A stretch of DNA of 64,000 nucleotides from Octopus sinensis (Eukaryota), in NCBI RefSeq assembly GCF_006345805.1, contig NC_042999.1, positions 22,444,001 through 22,508,000 of the forward strand. Reading direction: 5' to 3'. Under the pieces are notes generated by a model, which was not told the DNA's origin, made no database searches, and saw nothing but the letters and a program-made list of their open reading frames with translations. The position numbers and the translations under genes are program-made. Shown one piece after another: positions 14,257 through 27,882 of this stretch (positions are counted from its first letter, which is position 1; every line of letters starts with the position of its first letter).

Positions 14257-14750
14257 AGGCGCAGGAGTGGCTGTGTGGTATAGGGGCAGGAGTGGCTGTG
14301 TGGTATATGCGCAGGAGTGGCTGTGTGGTATATGCGCAGGAGTGGTTGTGTGGTAAGTAGCTTGCTTACCAACCACATGGTTCCGGGTTCAGTCCCACTG
14401 CGTGGCACCTTGGCCAAGTGTCTTCTAATATAGCCTCGGGCCGACCAAAGCCTTCTGAGTGGATTTGGTAGACGGAAACTGAAAGAAGCCCGTCGTATAT
14501 ATGTATATGTATATATATATATGTGTGTGTATGTTTGTGTGTCTGTTTTTGTCCCCCCACCATCACTTGGCAACCGATGCTAGTGTGTTTACGTCCCCGT
14601 AATTTAGCGGTTCGGCAAAAGAGACCGTTAGAATAAGTACTAGGCTTACAAAGAATATGTCCTGGGGTCGATTTGCTCGACTAAAGGCGGTGATCCAGCA
14701 TGGCCACAGTTAAATGACTGAAACAAGTAAAAGAATAAAAGAGTAAAAGA
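14257..14750 (+). mobile_element. SINE family A with reiterated 5' 25-mer
   Basis: GCGCAGGAGTGGCTGTGTGGTA(TAT) four times, then a complete body and tail. Confidence 0.9.
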
Positions 14751-15124
14751 GATACATTTAGACATTAAGTCAGCCTCCTTCATTAAAAAAAATCTATTGG
14801 CTTCCTACTTATTCCAATTTGGTACAATGATTCTTACTTATAGCGAAGACAAGAATATATCTCTTCAAAGCTGTTTCTCTGAGTTTCTAGACTGTGTGTG
14901 TCTATTCATTCAGAAAAACCAAATATACTCCTTGGCTCATAACATTTCCTCCAATCATGGCTTTCATGAGAGAGCATACGAGGTGCCATTGTGACCCTTT
15001 AGCGAGCCACCGGTGGCTGGGATTCCATCAATCACTGGCATGATTTCGTTTGAACCATTTCATCTGTTTTCATTTGAACCATTTCATCTGTGGGGAGAAA
15101 ATCTAGTCTTCGTTAACTTACTTC

Positions 15125-15178
<54 letters not shown>

Positions 15179-15182
<4 letters not shown>

Positions 15183-15540
15183 GAGCACTCAGACAGCGCA
15201 AACCTCCGCCAAGACAACAACAACGTCCTCACAACGATTAGCCGGGAATGATTTTTAAAATGAGAATATCTGAAATTAACTCGACTGCTCTCATAAACGG
15301 GAATACTAAAAATGAACCGAACCGCTCTCAAAAATTAAGTTAAAAAGAAAAAACAGTAAAAATAATCCATGATCCTTGTCTGGAACCAGATCAATCCCAA
15401 AATTTAATCAGTTCGTACCTGTCACAGGGCCAAACAACCCTGAAAATTTCGTCTGAATCCGTCCAGCGGTTCTTGAGATATCTTGTCTACGGCCAAACAA
15501 ACAAACAAATATGACTGCAAACAATACCTCCGCCTTTACT
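15179..15540 (-). mobile_element. Non-autonomous Helitron/Helentron-like (HINE-like) element
   Basis: Reverse complement of 31868-32243; subterminal ACCTCCGCC motifs and a short 3' palindrome. Confidence 0.65.
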
Positions 15541-15734
15541 AAATTCAACTGTTTTTAATCTACTTGTTAGTCATTTTCTGGTTAATAAAAGTCATGAAAT
15601 TCCAAAGGGAAAGTAAGAGACGCGCATACTTTATTCCCCTGAGAGCATTGGCCAACAGAGATGAACCAATGTAGATGGAAACCGCTTCCAAGTTTCGGGG
15701 TCCCTGAACGCCTAACTCTGTTCTTCGACATTCA

Positions 15735-16090
15735 TATGTGCGTGTGTGTGTGCGTGTGTGTGTGTGTGCGTGTGTGTGTGTATGCGTGTGTGTGTGTGTA
15801 AATAAATATAACTATACTAAATATATATATATATATGCATATACATAAACACATCCATAAACACACACACACACACACATATATACCATACATACACACA
15901 CATATTTGCATATATCTACCTATATATATATATGCATATATACAAATATACATATATATGTATATATATATATGTATATGTATATATATGTATATATGTA
16001 TATATATGTATATACATATATATATGTATATATATATATGTATATATATGTATTTATATGTATATATATATATACATACATACATATACA

Positions 16091-16168
<78 letters not shown>

Positions 16169-16346
16169 TTCTTTTCTTTCCTTTCCTGAGCGTCCAATAA
16201 CACTGTACTTATTCCACGTCCTCGTGTTGTTTTTTCTTGCTTGTTCATGTTTGGATTGACTATATGTGTGTTCGTATGTGTGTGTGTATGCATGTATGTA
16301 TGTATGTATGTATGTATGTATGTATGTATGTATGTATGTATGTATG

Positions 16347-16381
<35 letters not shown>

Positions 16382-16455
16382 GTATATGTGTGTATATATA
16401 TATATGTGTATATAAATGTGAATATATATATATATATATATACATACACACACTT
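15735..16455. repeat. Compound microsatellite block (TG/TA/CA/TATG) with a ~100-bp PLE-like 3' end fragment at 16168-16262
   Basis: Direct reading; CTGAGCGTCCAATAACACTG.. matches the sequence downstream of the 19667 hammerhead. Confidence 0.85.
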
Positions 16456-16928
16456 ATTTCGTACATAACCTCCGGTTTAGCCAGAGTAATAAATGTGTTT
16501 TGTAATATTTTCTAATGTTCATGACAAAACGTGATATCGATTTCTTATTTAACCAGAAGACCTAAAATCATTTTTGCTTCTTAATCTAAGAAAAGATTTC
16601 ATCGTTCATGCCATTTTAATGGTATTAATGGCATTGGTGAACTGAAGCGAACTGACCAGAAACAAAAATTAAAGTTTGGTCGCTTTACACGGTTCACCAA
16701 AAGTTTGCTTCAATGATATGACACACGACGACATATACGAAGCTTTTACAACGTATACGATGCTTACATCATAAAATAAAAGCTCCTTATGTAAATCTCA
16801 GTGGAGAGGAGTAGAAACGATAGAGAAATGATAGAGAAATGATAGAGAAACAATAGAGAGACGAGGGAGAAATGATAGAGTGCATCGCACAGGAGCAATA
16901 GGGATCTAGAGGAATTCAGTTAGAAACG

Positions 16929-17698
16929 CAACGGCTGAGAACACACACTGTTGTGTCGATTAAGATTAATTAGAATTCGAATGAATGAGAGTACTCTCAG
17001 CTATTCCCAAACTAGGTTGCATGAGCAGTGTCTATAATTTTAAAAGATTGTTCGTTCCTTCTCGAGCCATGCCTGGTTCATATAGGCCGGTTTCCCTGTT
17101 TCCTTGGCATATAGGTTCCCCACCTGGACGGGACGCCGGTCCGTCGCAGGTGAGCTGCAAGATCCAGGAGGAAAGAGTGAGAGGAAGTTGTGGCAAAAGA
17201 GTCAGGGAAAGTTCGCCATTACTTTCTGCTGGAGCCGCGTGGAGCTTAGGTGCTTCGCTCATAAACACACACATCGCTCGGTCTGAGATTCGAACCCACG
17301 ATCCCTCGACCGCGAGTCCGCTGCTCTAACCACTTGGCCATGTGCCTCTACAACGGCTGAGAATACAAACTGTTGTGTCGATTAAGACTAACCAGAACTC
17401 GAATGAACGAGAACACTCTCAGACATTCCGAAACTAGGTTGCCGGTTTCCTTGGCGTATAGGTTCCCCACCTGAACGGGACGCCGGTCCGTCGCAGGTGA
17501 GCTGCAAGATGCAGGAGGAAAGGGTGAGAGAAAGTTGTGGCGAAAGAGTCAGCAGAAATTCGCCATTACCTTCTGTCGGAGCCGCGTGGAGCTTAGGTGT
17601 TTCGCTCATAAACCCACACATCGCCCGGGCTGAGATTCGAACCCGCGATCTCTCGACCGCGAATCCGCTGCTCTAACCACTAGGCCATGTGCCTCCAC
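16929..17698 (-). mobile_element. Two tandem SINE group C copies, each beside the same ~90-bp flank
   Basis: Heads GTGGAGGCACATGGCCTAGTGGTTAGAGCAGCGG with B box GGTTCGAATC (17050-17350, 17440-17698); CAACGGCTGAGAA..TGTTGTGTCGATTAAGA repeated at about 16929 and 17351. Confidence 0.85.
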
Positions 17699-18173
17699 AC
17701 AATTTTAAAAGGTTGCAGTGTAAAATCTATTATTACCGGGTTGCATAATGCGGCGAGCTGGCAGAATCATTAACACATCGGCCAAAATGCTTAGCAGCAT
17801 TTGTTCTGACTTTGCGTTCTGAATTCGAATTCTGTGATGGTCAAATATGCCCTTCATCTTGTCAAGGTAGATAAGATAAGGACTAGTCGAGTACAGGGTT
17901 GCTGTAATCGACTAGAAATCCCGCGCCCAAATTTCAGGCTTTGTTCCTTTATTAGAAAGATTAATTATTCAGATATAATTATTCATTTCATATTTGTTTT
18001 AGCTGTTAAGATGCGCGGCCTAGTGGTTAAGGTGGCGTGAGTTGGTATTCTTGAGCAAAACATTAGCTTATTACAGAATTTCTGCTGCTTTCTGCAGGGG
18101 AAAAGGCAGGAACATGGGAGATGGACAGAAGACGTGTTGACGTTCGACAATCAGTCCAAGAATGAAAGATCAA

Positions 18174-18848
18174 GGCTGGCCGGATACACAATCGTCTGAA
18201 GATCGGCAACGTGAAACTCGGAACTCGAAACAGAGTTATTAGAATATAACGCTCTTTATATAAGTATTTACTTCCTTAAGTTATTTATCTTGTTTCTGTA
18301 TGTATGTATGTATGTATGTATGTGTGTGTGTGTGAGTGTGTTTGTACATGTATATATATATATATATGGGGACACACACGCGCACACACATGCATATATA
18401 CATATACATGCATATATATATATATATATATACACACGTGTGTGTGTGATTGTGTGTTTGTATTTATGTAACTTATCAGGTAGATAGATGATAGATAAAT
18501 AGAAAAAAACGAAAAGACAAACAGACAGACAGATAGACAGACAGACAGGTATATATTTGGCCTATGCAATAAATTAGTTGAATGTGCTTAGAGAAGTCAG
18601 CAGTGAAATCACTCCAACAACGCCAGGATAGGTTCTAAGCAATAAAAACATTTAGATTCGCTGCAACGACTTAAGGACTTAAATCTTAACAGGATGAAGT
18701 AAGTATAAGAGGTTGGTGGAAGATGCTCAGAAGTGGAGGAAGTAGAGATAGTTAGGAAGCTAAAAGGGATTAAAATGACATAGATGAGGCGTAAGAGGGC
18801 TCGAAAATCAAACATACGCTCGCACACACGCACAAACAGACACACACA

Positions 18849-18892
<44 letters not shown>

Positions 18893-19068
18893 ACACACAC
18901 ACACACACGCACACATGCACATACATATATACATACACACATACAGAAACAAGATAAATAATGTAAGGAAGTAATTATTTATATAAAGGGCGCTATATTC
19001 TAATAACTCTGTTTCGATTTCCGAGTTTCACGTTGCCGATCTTCAGACGATTGTGTGTCCGGCCAGCC
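18174..19068. repeat. Inverted repeat, ~125-bp arms (18174-18300 / 18941-19068) around a microsatellite-rich spacer
   Basis: GGCTGGCCGGA.ACACAATCGTCTGAAGATCGGCAACGTGAAACTCGGAA and its reverse complement. Confidence 0.85.
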
Positions 19069-19072
19069 ATGA

Positions 19073-19390
19073 CTTTTTACTTGTTTCAGTTATTTGACTG
19101 CGGCCATACTGGAGCACCGCCTTTAGTCAAACGAATCGACCCCGAGACTTATTCTTTGTGAGCCAAGTACTTATTCTATCGGTCTCTTTAGCCGAACCGC
19201 TAGATAACGGAGACGTAAACACACCAACATCGGTTGTCAAGCGGGGGGGACCAAACACCGACACACAAATACATATATACATACATAGACACACATATAT
19301 ATATACGACGGGCTTTTTTCAGTTTCTGCCTACCAAATCCACTCGCAAGGCTTTGGTCGGCCCGAGGCTATAGTGGAAGACACTTGCCGA
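19073..19390 (-). mobile_element. SINE family A, 5'-truncated
   Basis: Tail and body match family A. Confidence 0.85.
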
Positions 19391-19428
19391 ATGTATGTAT
19401 ATGTGTGTATGTATGTATATACATTATA

Positions 19429-19548
19429 CAGTGTGGGCTAGAATTCATGACTTACTTGTTAGCTATATTTATTAATATATTATTATTTATTAATACGCAT
19501 ATTAAGAAATATGGCTAATAAGTGAGTCATGAATTCTGGCCCACCCTG
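19429..19548. mobile_element. 120-bp palindromic MITE, Tc1/mariner-like
   Basis: TA|CAGTGTGGGCTAGAATTCATGACT ... AGTCATGAATTCTGGCCCACCCTG|TA. Confidence 0.75.
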
Positions 19549-19554
19549 TATGTA

Positions 19555-19587
<33 letters not shown>

Positions 19588-19666
19588 CCAAGATGTAACC
19601 ACATGTGAACCGTTGGCGATTTTTTTCCTCCATCTTCCTTTTCTCTTGGACTTTTCTCTGTCTCCT

Positions 19667-19701
19667 GTTTCTGAAGAAGAGCTTTGCTCGAAATGTAAAA
19701 C
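19667..19701 (+). ncRNA. Minimal type-I hammerhead ribozyme-like motif (PLE type)
   Basis: GTTT-CTGAAGA-A-GAGC-TTT-GCTC-GAAA-TGT-A-AAAC. Confidence 0.7.
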
Positions 19702-20362
19702 ACCCCTTCTTTCTTTCTCTGAGCGTCTTATTAATACTTTGCTTGTACCACGTCCTTGCGTTGTTGTTTTTTCTTGTCCTTTTTTATCCGTTTTTTTTTA
19801 TCAATTATATATATATGTATGTATGTTATACATATAGGACGGGCTTCCTTTCATCAAATTTACTCTCAAAGCATTGATCAATCTGGTGGCACAGTAGAAA
19901 GAACTTGCTGTACTATGAGATTGAACCCGAAAACGCGTAGTTTCAAAGCAAGCTTCCTAACCTCTCAGCTATTAGAGTTTTGTAAAGTAAAGTTCGTAAA
20001 TCTATAACCATCGAATCCTCGATTCTAGAACTTTATACTCACATCTTCAGGATGAAGTAATGTTGGCGTGTGTTACTGCCTCTTTTATAGTAAGCTACAC
20101 CAACGTGATTTGTATAGGTATTACTCTAGAATTTGATTTTTAACCGTTAGATTCATAAGCCTTCCGCAGGATATTTGTTTCTATTAGTGATTAATGCATG
20201 TTAATTTTTTTTTGTTAATTGTAGTATTTTAGTTGTTCTATGAGTAGTGCTTCCATCATTAATCAACAACATTTGTGGACGGTTCTCTGTATAATACATG
20301 TGTCTTTTACTAGAATTTTCCTTTCCAGTTCTGTTCCGTGATGTATGTTGTAGTGCATTGTA

Positions 20363-20928
20363 TTGGGTTGTCCGGAAAGTTCGAGCCGATTTTTAAAGGC
20401 AAGAAAAAGGTCAATAAATACCTGCCATTACATTTCTAATCAACCAAATATGAACCAGTTTGTTGCACAATGCGTCTCCATCTTTCCTTTAACTTGAAAA
20501 TACCCTTTACCCAGAATTGAGGTGGTTTCGTGGCAAAGAATTCATCAAGGTATCTTTTAACGTCATCCAAGGAATAGAAATTTTTACCATTAAGACTATT
20601 CTGCAGAGACCTGAATAAGTGGAAATCCGAAGGAGCAATATCTGGTGAATATGGAGGGTGGGGTAACACATCCCAGCCGAGCTGCAGCAATTTTTGTCTG
20701 GTTCCCTAAGTATCAAGTGCCTAAAATGGACTTTCTTATCTTCCATTTTAACGGGTTACAGAATTAACACAGGTTATAGGAACATAAATCTTCTTCCACG
20801 AAAAAATAGCTTAAACTCTACTCTAAATGGAGGTGTAGTCAAATCCTATTTTATGGACTCAACCATATTCTAAAATAAGTCGAAAGGTAAGCTACTATAA
20901 ATCGGCACGAACTTTCCGGACAACCCAA
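20363..20928 (-). mobile_element. Internally deleted mariner with intact TIRs
   Basis: TA|TTGGGTTGTCCGGAAAGTTCG.GCCGATTT at both ends; MEDKKVHFRHL joined directly to ..LGWDVLPHPPYSPDIAPSDFHLF. Confidence 0.95.
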
Positions 20929-21214
20929 TAATTAGTACTCGTTGTAAGTGCTAGATCACAAGCACTTTTATGTCATACATGTAAAGCCAGTACAAACAGT
21001 TGAAGTCGTGAACTTTACAAATTTCCCGATTGCGATACACTGGGAATCACATTCATCGTTAATAGCATGTTCGTATGCTTACAGGCCATTATAAGAGCGA
21101 ATTTATTTTTCTTTATTTTTTAACTTCAGTGGTTTTGTAGTATACAATTAGTGTTTGGGATTTGTGACTGTGCAAAATCTCATCTGTGTTACGAACATTT
21201 TAGAAAATTTGCTT

Positions 21215-21615
21215 CAGGAGTGGCTGTGTGGTAAGTAGCTTGCTAACCAACCACATGGTTCCGGGTTCAGTCCCACCGCGTGGCATCTTGGGCAAGTGTC
21301 TTCTGCTATAGCCCCAGGCCGACCAATGCCTTGTGAGTGGATTTGGTAGACGGAAACTGAAAGAAGCCTGTCGTATATATGTATATGTATATATATGTGT
21401 GTGTATGTTTGTGTGTCTGTGTTTGTCCCCCCACCATTGCTGGGCAACCGATGCTGGTGTGTTTACGTCCCCGTCACCTAACGGTTCGGCAAAAGAGACC
21501 GATAGAATAAGTACTGGGCTTACAAAGAATAAGTTCCGGGGTCGATTTCCTCGACTAAAGGCGGTGCTCCAGCATGGCCGCAGTCAAATGACTGAAACAA
21601 GTAAGAGAGAGAAAA
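21215..21615 (+). mobile_element. SINE family A, full length
   Basis: Head, body and tail match family A. Confidence 0.9.
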
Positions 21616-22127
21616 AAGTATATAAAACACTTTATTTAACAGGATTTTCATTTCTAATAATCTGTTCCGCATGCATGAAATAACCTTGATACACTTTAAT
21701 CAACCATTGAAAACACTGCCGAGACTTCAATACATGCTTAAACGAAAACTTAAACACAATATATACAGATTTGTGTGTATGAGTGTAACTCAATATGAGC
21801 GCGGGCGTGTGTGTGTGTATGACCGTGCCTATTAGCATTATTACGTTTTGGTTCCATAAGACTTCACTATAATTTGCCATTTATCTACTAAGTTCATTCG
21901 TTTGGCTTCTCACATGATCCACTGCAAATATTATGCGCAGTCAGCACAGCAAGCTAACGAAATTCTTGCTAAATTGACAATACTAACGTTGCTATCGCCA
22001 TCTTGCAAATTATATCTCTGCCTTAACGTATCTAATTAGACATCGGTGAATTTGGGCCGTAGGAGTTAAGATACACATTCACCTCATCTGGTGTACTTTT
22101 ATAAGAATGAATGAATGTGTGTGTATG

Positions 22128-22158
<31 letters not shown>

Positions 22159-22194
22159 GTATGTATATGTATATGTATATATATATTCATAGTC

Positions 22195-22500
22195 ATTAGT
22201 CAGAATATTGATGACGTCCTTTTCTGCTTGAATAGTCACCTAACAAGTACAGACAGGGGGCAGATCTAATGTAGCTATAAGTCGTGATTGGGCAGAATCT
22301 GGATGACATCCCGCTATGCTTGACTAACGAAGCGACTGGTCAAGACAGGAAACAAACAAGAGGGAGTTATAATGCAGCGATTGGTCAAAATAATGATGAC
22401 GTCCCGTTCCACTTGATTAAAGCCACCTAACGAAACGATTGGTCAAAACATTGATGACGTCACGCTACGCTAGATTGACCACCTAACAGGCATTATAAAA
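22195..22500 (+). promoter_or_regulatory. Promoter-like cluster of CRE-like and CCAAT motifs upstream of TATAAAA
   Basis: GATGACGTC/GATGACATC four times, (G)ATTGG repeated, TATAAAA at about 22494. Confidence 0.4.
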
Positions 22501-22841
22501 CCGAGCATTTCACAAAAAATCACTAGAACCACCCAGCGAACTTCCACCATGGGTCATCACAATTGCTTAAGGTAAAAATGAATTCCTCGCTCTTTCGGAA
22601 ACATCAATCTTCTGTATTGACCGCTTTCCACCACTTTGATCTGTTTTTTGTATTGAATACGTATCGCCACCGTGGGCCACTGCATCGAACACTTTGAACA
22701 TATACTTCAAACTATATATCAACTATACATGAACTATATATCAACTATACATGAACTCTAAGATGTCTGACTCCGTTGTGTATTATAAATGAATTTCTTG
22801 TGTTTGACGGCATGAGCTGTCTCTTTTATATATAACTTTTT

Positions 22842-22879
22842 TTGATAAGGTTCATTTCAGGAACTGAAACATGTTATAA
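22842..22879 (+). ncRNA. Degenerate hammerhead-like motif
   Basis: TTGATAA-GGTTC-ATTTCAG-GAACT-GAAA-CATGT-T; core has two changes and stem I is weak. Confidence 0.4.
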
Positions 22880-22953
22880 TGTATATATAAAAATTAAAAA
22901 TTGTATAATACAGCAGCATTTTCGAACTTCATTTTTTACAAATATATATATAT

Positions 22954-23016
<63 letters not shown>

Positions 23017-23208
23017 GTATGTGTGTATATATATATATGTGTGTGTGTATGTATGTATTTATACATAAATATATGCATATATATATATATGTGTGTATAT
23101 ATGTATATATATATGTGTGTGTGTGTCTATGTGTGTTTGCATATGTATATATATATGTGTGTGTGTATATATTTATGTATAAACATATGCATACATACAT
23201 ACATACAT

Positions 23209-23253
<45 letters not shown>

Positions 23254-23759
23254 CATACATATACACACACACACACACGCTCACATAGTTGTTACATATT
23301 TGGATGTATAGATACATTCATACATACATACATACCTACATACATACATACATACATACATACATACATACATACATACATACATACATACAAACATACC
23401 GTAGTAGTGTTGGGTGAGCTGTTGATAGTATATCGTGATACCCAACGGCCAAGGTCACCGAGGTCTAATTAAGCAAGATGTGTGCGCATGCACAAGTGTG
23501 TGCCTGTTCGTGCATGTGGATGGTACGATGTGTATGTATGCACGTGTATATATATATATGTGTGTGTGTGCGTGTGTGTGTATACAAATATATATCATTT
23601 AATATATATCTATTATATAATATATCATATATCTTATAACCGAAAGTTTTTGTTCCAACCAGTTGTACAGTTCATGCACATTATATGTGCATGTAATCAA
23701 GTATTTATGTGTATATGTGTGTATGCAGTTGAATTTGAAAAATGTTTTCTTAAATTAAA

Positions 23760-24147
23760 AGTGACTGTGTGGTAAGAAGCTTTCTTCCCAAACACATGGT
23801 TCCGGGTTCAGTTCCACTGTGTGGCACCTTGGGCCACACCTTGCCGACCCAAAGCCTTGTGAGAGGATTTGGTAGACGGAAACAGAAAGAAGCCCGTTGT
23901 ATATGTGTATATGTATATATATGTGTGTGTGTTTGTGTTTGTGTTTGTCCCCCCCCCCAGCATTGGTTGACAAGCGATGTAGGTGTGTTTATGCCCCCGT
24001 AACTTAGCGGTTCGGCGAAAAGAACCGATAGAATAAGTACTAGGCCTAGAAAGAATAAGTCCTGGGGTCGATTTCTTCGACTAAAGGCGGTGCTCCAACA
24101 TGGCCACAGTCAAATGACTGAAACAATCAAAAGAGAGAGTGAGAGAG

Positions 24148-24193
<46 letters not shown>

Positions 24194-24385
24194 TGTGTCT
24201 GTGTTTGTCCCTCCACCATCGCTTGACAACCGATGCTGCTGTGTTTATGTTCCCGTAACCTTGCGGTTCGGCAAAAGAGGCTGCTAGAATAAATACTAGG
24301 CTTACAAAGTCCTGGGGTCGATTCGTTCAACTAAACGTGGTGTTCCAGCATGGCCGCAGTCAAGTGACTGAAGCAAGTAAAAGAG
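23760..24385 (+). mobile_element. SINE family A plus an additional 3' half
   Basis: Full copy to about 24130; second body and tail at 24190-24385. Confidence 0.85.
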
Positions 24386-25789
24386 TATATAAAAAAATTC
24401 TTTAAAAAAAATCAAATTAACCCATACCATATGGAAAGAAACTTTTGTGCCAGTGCTTTTCACTGTCTTCAGACACACGTGATTTTGAAAAGCTGAAAAT
24501 AGGCAAAAGTACTTTAACAAACACAAATATTGCAGCCAAGTTTACCCCATTCATTTTACAAGCTTTTCTTTTCATGTACAGTTTGCTTAATTCGTCTTCT
24601 TTATTCGTGGTATTAAAAAGCATTTCCATCTGAGTTTACTTCAATTACTTCGAATATATGCAATGATGACTTAACTCAGACTTTAACCAACAGCCTTGGC
24701 TCGTGTTGGGCGCACTTTTTACATGCATGCTCACCACACAACATCTTCTGATCGTTCATTTGTATAAAGTTCCCGGTCTAACGTAAACAATGCTTGTGAG
24801 TCTTGATGCCCAACACTTCGGCTCCATTGAAAATTTTCTGCCCAGGATGAGCAGGGGCCTGCTAACATTCAGATAATATCTTGAACATTTCTACTCAAAA
24901 TCTTTTACATTATCCTCATAAAGAGCCTAACGCTCACATAAATGAAGTTCCACGCTATACAAGTACGCTGCACAACAATTTTTGTCTCATGCTACCATAT
25001 TGGGACCAGACACGAGACTTCAAAGCCCTGAAAGAATCGGTTGTACCTTAAATCTTAGAAATATCTTATCATCTAAGGAGTAATAATATCTGAGATACCT
25101 GCTGCCCAGCTATACAAATTTGTCGGTTAGTTCGATTTCTGTTCCTTTAACTATGATTGATATTGTCGTATGTCAAAGAAACGCAGTCACAGGTGAAGTC
25201 AGGAGTTAAGACAACAGCAAATTACAGGGAAAAGATACTAGAGCCAAGGATATCACACAGTTATCTACCATTTTCTTCGGGAATGGGTCCCTCCACGTTC
25301 AAATAGACAGGGGGAGGAATTACAACCGTGTTTCGTGGTCTGCTACCACAACTTATACTTCTCTTTGCTGGTGAAATGATTTTACTATCAATACAAAGCG
25401 ATTTAGACTAGTTTGCAGAGTATTTAACACAAGTATACCCAATACATATTATTGAAGATTTTGTTAAAACACGGATTTTGGACAAGATCCATTTTCTTTT
25501 CATAGACATCTCGTGCATCAGTCATATTCATTGTTTCTCATTCAGAATGGAAATCATCCTCAGATTCGGGAATAATATCATTTAGGTGAATAATAATAAT
25601 CAACAGAATCTTCCCAACTGCTGAAAATCCATCATTGCCTCATTTTTAGAGGTGGTTGCCACATTTCGTTCAGAAATCTTTTCCTTTATAAATCCAGCCA
25701 GACTTCATCGCTTTCTTTCTGTTTCGGTTTAGCCCTCATAATGTATGTTTAATGTTTCATATAAGTTGTGGCATCCGGTGCCGGCGACC

Positions 25790-26079
25790 GAGTATCGATC
25801 TATTTTATTGCATTTCAATCTGTTTCTTAAACGAAATATACACCGCCGGAAGTTCTTGTTGAACTTGTTGACAAACAACAGCAGTAATTGTATTCACTTC
25901 AATAGACGTCATTGATTGGTTTAAATTGACGAAATACTAGAAATTAAACAAGAATTTTTTCAAGAACGCCAAGAGAAAAAGATGTTTTATGTGACACATT
26001 CTACCAGTATACGAAGTTTAAAAGTGTTCAGTTACAAAGAAATTATTTTTTAAATCTGCCGGCCAAAGTGAAAAGATCC
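25790..26079. mobile_element. Partial copy of the GGATCTTTTC-TIR MITE family
   Basis: Ends TCTGCCGGCCAAAGTGAAAAGATCC; body matches 32505-32961 and 63547-63835. Confidence 0.75.
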
Positions 26080-26635
26080 ATGTTTTCGAGCCCCAAAACC
26101 ATGAAATGTTTGGTCCACCATTTCTAGACAGCACCCAGGTCTCCAAGTCAATAAAGCTCTTCTGAAACCGAGCAACTCGTTCATAAGCCAACTGAGTCCC
26201 ATCGTTGTCTCTGACGATAAAGAGACGACATTATGTCTACAACGGACAGAATACGCTCATTCGGTAATTACGTACTTTCGATTTGTCACGTCTACGCGTG
26301 TCATCATCTTCCTATCAATGCAGGGACTTTAAAATGGGGAAGTAAACGAAACTAGTGCAGAATTGGAGGTTAAATAAGACTTATGCACCATCACGGAGAA
26401 TCTCTTCACCGTAATAACATGAGCCAGAGATAAGCCAAATCAAGATATTGACGTCAAAAAAAGGACGCGCGTCACGATCTTTAGAAGCCGCCGAGGGTCT
26501 CAAAAATAGACAAGACTATTCTCTGCACAGCAAGATTTATGTGAGAGTAACGTACGCCTAGAGACCTACTTGAACCAAAGATTAAAAGATTAAAAGTGAT
26601 AGACACCCCGTGGTCTAACAACGCACCGAATACCA

Positions 26636-27012
26636 CATACATACATGCACACATACATACATGCACACATACATACATACATACATACATACATACAATA
26701 CATACATACATACATGTATCATACACACACATACACATACGTACATACATACATACACAAACACATACATACATGCATACATACATACATACATACATAC
26801 ATACAACATACAACCATACATACATACAACCATACACACACACATACATACATCATACATACATGCATTCATACATACATACATACATACACACATACAT
26901 ACATACATACATAATACATACATACATACATACATACATACATACATACACACACATACATACATACATACATACATACATACATACATACATACATACA
27001 TACATACATACA
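26636..27012. repeat. (TACA)n microsatellite
   Basis: Direct reading. Confidence 0.95.
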
Positions 27013-27439
27013 AGCGAAGGGCGATAAGATAAGGTCACTTGGGTAGGGAATGACCATGCTTCTTTTCTCTTTTAAGAATGCTTGTTGTTCTTGTTCTTGT
27101 TTCAACCATGGCTGCCTCTGCGTTGTTGCTTACTTTGTAAAACAGTAAGGGGAGAGGGTTGCTAGCACATCACCCTCTAACCACATTTCTCCCATCCACA
27201 TCTTTACTACATAGGGCCCTAACAAAATCCGATAATAGGTATATATGCAAATTTCTCTAATTACATGTTCCCTTCTAAAATCGGGTATAATTTGGCGATC
27301 GGTCGACTTACAACACCGTTCTTCTTCTTGAGTTTACTTGGTAGAGTTTGTTCGTTAACTTGACAACAAGATGAGCACTGACTGGCTGTATGCAAATGAG
27401 TTCGTTGCTGAGGGCCCGGAACTCTCGTAGAAAAAATAA

Positions 27440-27882
27440 TTTCGCGCCCGACGTGCTAGCGTTTCTTATTTCTTTATTGCCCGCAAGGGGCTAAATACAG
27501 AGGGGACAAATGAGGACAGACAAACGGATTAAGTCGATCACATCTACCCCAGTGCGTAACTGGTACTTAATTTATCGACCCCAAAAGGATGAAAGGCAAA
27601 GTCGACCTCGGCGAAATTTGAACTCAGAACTTAACGGCAGACGAAATACCTTTTTCTTTACTACTCACAAGGGGCTAAACACAGAGAGGACAAACAAGGA
27701 CAGATAAACGGATTAAGTCGATTACATCAACCCCAGTGCGTAACTGGTACTTAATTTATCGACCCCAAAAGGATGAAAGGCAAAGTCGACCTCGGCGGAA
27801 TTTGAACTCAGAACTTAACGACAGACGAAATACGGCTACGCATTTCGCCCGGCGTGCTAACGGTTCTGCCAGCTCAGCGCCT
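27440..27882 (-). mobile_element. SINE family B tandem dimer plus partial third unit
   Basis: 184-bp period with two junction types. Confidence 0.9.

Noticed and set aside
17270-17350. tRNA gene
   Set aside because: It is the tRNA-derived head of a SINE, continuing into the SINE body without a complete acceptor stem.
24640-26630. Possible coding remnants
   Set aside because: The frames inspected contain stops and no family motif could be assigned.
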